From: Macrostomum lignano
Taxonomy: Eukaryota
Length of the DNA stretch: 64,000 nt
NCBI GenBank assembly: GCA_002269645.1
Contig: NIVC01000251.1
Coordinates: 248,001-312,000, forward strand
Direction: 5' to 3'
The notes under the pieces were generated by a model that was not told the DNA's origin, made no database searches, and saw only the letters and a program-made list of their open reading frames with translations. The translations under genes were made by a program, and so were the position numbers. Of the stretch, positions 61,553 to 64,000 are shown one piece after another. Positions within the stretch are counted from its first letter, which is position 1. Each line of letters opens with the position of its first letter.

Positions 61553-63946
61553 ATGTTAAGAGCGGAATCGACACTCATCTGCGGCATGGCCCTGCTGGCA
61601 CCTCAATTCCTACTTCACGCGCCGTTGCAAGCATTCTTTCAACACGGCCTGTGGATTCTAGCGGTGCAGATTGTAGGCGTTGTTATACTGGCACAGCCGT
61701 TGATATTTTGCGAACTAGCCCTCGGACAAAGAAGCCGTTTTGGCCCGGTAAAATGCTGGTGCTTCGGACCAGCTTGGAAAGGCATTGGCCTGTTAATGCT
61801 ATTCACCAGTGCAATGGATCTGATGTCAATAAACGTAGATCTATTGGAATACTTGACGCAGCAACAGCAGCAGCAGCGAGAAGAAGCAATGATTAATAAA
61901 GTACCACTAGTTTATATTCAAGCGGGCCTGTGGCTAGCTCTGCTGCCTCTGCTAGTCCTATGGCCAAAGTTCTCTAGCAAAATATGGGTTCTTGGCAGTC
62001 TAGTCTGCTTAGGAGGCATCATCGCCCTATCTGTGAAGTCCCTATGGCTTGGTCACACAGAAGCCAGTTTAAAACGATTATGGAGTTTGTCGATAGCTCT
62101 ACCGAGAAATCCGTTGGATCTGCTTCGAACGGCATTGCTACCGTTTTTATCAACAGCGGGCACTGGAATTATGATAGCACTAGGCAGCTATCGTTCGGCC
62201 GGGGCTAACCCATTAGCAGACTCAGTTGTCATAGTAACCCTGACATTCCTGATCGGATCCGTCCTCACCATTTCAACTAGCGGATTAGCCGCAAATTATT
62301 GCTTGACTAATTCGCAATCTGTCGGATTAAATAATCGAACGGTAGTTTGCAATCTAGACAAGCCCCAGTGTCCGATGGTGGCGCTCGATGGTGCGCGAAA
62401 TTCCAGCTGCGATTTTCTAGCCTACTACGGAGCCGAGCGAGCCGAGAATGTAATCGAAGGCGCCAATCTTTACGCCCGATTGTTGGAAAGCTTGCCTAAA
62501 AATCAAGTATCACCAACTGCTTGGCTTTGGTGTCTGCACTGCGTTCTAGCCTGGCTATGCTTAACCTATTTGCTAGTAAGAGCGGACACGTGGATACGCG
62601 GCATTGGCGATAAGCTACAAGGCTGTAAAGCATTGCGCAATTGTCCGTGGACTTGCCGATTCGTAGCCGCTATAATCGTTTGTCCAGCAATGGCCTCTCT
62701 TGCCTATTTAATGCAGCACTATCGTCGCACGATAAGCATCCGCGATGTCTATCAGTTGTCGACTGTACGCTGGCTTCCGCTACTCCTGGCCTCTTTAGCT
62801 TGTTTAGCAATAAGCCACGGTTACGGCGGAGTTCGCTTTGTGAAAGAAATCGGCGGAGGTGCAGTGATGCGTCCTTGGTTTTTCGGCCTGATTGGCTTTG
62901 TCACTCCGGCCCTGACCATAGCGGTTGCCGGGCTGAGAATGCACGTGTCAATAGCGGCGCTGCTTTGGCCGAACGGTGGCAGAGATGGCTACTATTATTA
63001 CGTTAGCAACAAATTGATTAGCAAGACTATGCACATACCAAACTACGCCAATCTAATACTAGCCGTGTCGGCATTTCTATTCTTATTAGCCGGCCTATTT
63101 ACTCCGCTAATCTGGCAGGGAATGTGCCGCAGGCGTCGATGCATAGATCTAGTACAGCCAACTAAGAGTTGGCATCGAAGTCAACAGCTTAACAATCAGA
63201 ATCATCAATCGCCAGAGCAGCAGCAGCATCAACAATCTGGTCAACAGTTTCATCCGCGTCGTAGTCGGCACAACTCCGACGATTCTAGCGCAAACGGCGC
63301 CGACGTAGTTCGCGATCTGGGCGCCACCACCATCGAAGAGTCGCCGATGCTTCATAGCATGCGACCTCAGCAGCATCAGCACTACACTATAGGCTACGGT
63401 AAGGCTGGAAATTCTGGTTCCGCCAGCGCAACGACGGCATCATCGGCTACGATGGACTATAGCATCCGGCATCATAATTATCCAGCGCATCAGCAGCAGT
63501 CAAGCGATCCGACCTCGGCTACAATGTCTTGGCCGCAGAGGCCACCAGTTGCGTCGGCAATGCCCGACGGAGGAGGAGGAGGAAGCGGTAGCAGCTACGG
63601 CACCGTCAGATTTCAAGGCGGTTCTCGAGCTCAAGAGCTACAAAGGACGCCTCCGGTGCAACAGTACTCAACTGCCACTTTGCCGAGCAACAACAGCAAC
63701 GCGTCGTCGTCGGCTGCGGCGGCGGCGGCTGCGGCAGCTAGCGGAGTGATTCGTTTCAACCTGAGCGAAGAGAATCCGACCATGACAAAGACGCTTAATA
63801 GAGGCATATTAAAGAACAAGCACGAAGCCTCGTTTAGACAGCAGCAGCAGCAGCCCGAAATGGTTCCGCTGACAGCTACTAACCACAGCGTAGCACGAAC
63901 CAATGCAGAGCGTCCGCAGCACAGAGGCAGCACAGAGATTTTGTGA
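61553..63946 (+). CDS. Divergent SLC6 / sodium:neurotransmitter symporter family-like membrane protein, intronless, 797 aa, with a long Q/S-rich C-tail
   Basis: QPLIFCELALGQRSRFGPVKCW..PAWKGIG is the SNF TM2-TM3 signature, followed by about 10 further hydrophobic segments. A possible in-frame acceptor (ctgacctaatag|61538) lies just upstream of the ATG. Confidence 0.8.
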   Translation: MLRAESTLICGMALLAPQFLLHAPLQAFFQHGLWILAVQIVGVVILAQPLIFCELALGQRSRFGPVKCWCFGPAWKGIGLLMLFTSAMDLMSINVDLLEYLTQQQQQQREEAMINKVPLVYIQAGLWLALLPLLVLWPKFSSKIWVLGSLVCLGGIIALSVKSLWLGHTEASLKRLWSLSIALPRNPLDLLRTALLPFLSTAGTGIMIALGSYRSAGANPLADSVVIVTLTFLIGSVLTISTSGLAANYCLTNSQSVGLNNRTVVCNLDKPQCPMVALDGARNSSCDFLAYYGAERAENVIEGANLYARLLESLPKNQVSPTAWLWCLHCVLAWLCLTYLLVRADTWIRGIGDKLQGCKALRNCPWTCRFVAAIIVCPAMASLAYLMQHYRRTISIRDVYQLSTVRWLPLLLASLACLAISHGYGGVRFVKEIGGGAVMRPWFFGLIGFVTPALTIAVAGLRMHVSIAALLWPNGGRDGYYYYVSNKLISKTMHIPNYANLILAVSAFLFLLAGLFTPLIWQGMCRRRRCIDLVQPTKSWHRSQQLNNQNHQSPEQQQHQQSGQQFHPRRSRHNSDDSSANGADVVRDLGATTIEESPMLHSMRPQQHQHYTIGYGKAGNSGSASATTASSATMDYSIRHHNYPAHQQQSSDPTSATMSWPQRPPVASAMPDGGGGGSGSSYGTVRFQGGSRAQELQRTPPVQQYSTATLPSNNSNASSSAAAAAAAAASGVIRFNLSEENPTMTKTLNRGILKNKHEASFRQQQQQPEMVPLTATNHSVARTNAERPQHRGSTEIL

Positions 63947-64000
63947 TCCCGTCAGTTACTCGTACAATATTAGCAGCATATTTGTGTTTCTTTGCGCGCC

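Overview
This is repeat-rich eukaryotic (animal) genomic DNA. Compact GC-rich exons, polyQ/polyA-laden proteins, (GACA)n tracts and a private minisatellite in most introns suggest a flatworm such as Macrostomum lignano (inference only). About 25 kb (~40%, hand tally) is tandem repeat, and most long ORFs in the supplied track are repeat artefacts. Genes I can reconstruct with GT-AG junctions: (1) the last two exons of a divergent pantothenate-kinase-like ASKHA protein (+, 434-621 and 1351-1428; missing from the ORF track); (2) a three-exon AMPA/kainate-type ionotropic glutamate receptor (-, 13817-12170, 10538-9975, 7492-6552; 1050 aa); (3) two-exon COQ5 (-, 323 aa); (4) intronless PRRC1 (-); (5) a three-exon 7-cadherin-repeat protocadherin (+, 1078 aa); (6) an intronless, degenerate SLC6/SNF-family transporter-like protein (+, 797 aa). 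Best leads: an iGluR intronic minisatellite that is in frame and full of phase-matched cryptic acceptors next to the ligand-binding exon, with a smaller parallel in COQ5; an altered iGluR M3 gate motif (YYTANLTAC); an SLC6-like protein lacking the TM1 ion/substrate motif; a hairpin-rich ~210-bp dispersed repeat lying 3' of two genes; a ~3-kb triplication with breakpoints inside GACA arrays; a 156-bp palindrome in a protocadherin intron; and a foldback-like pair of inverted satellite arrays. I found no CRISPR array, rRNA or tRNA.
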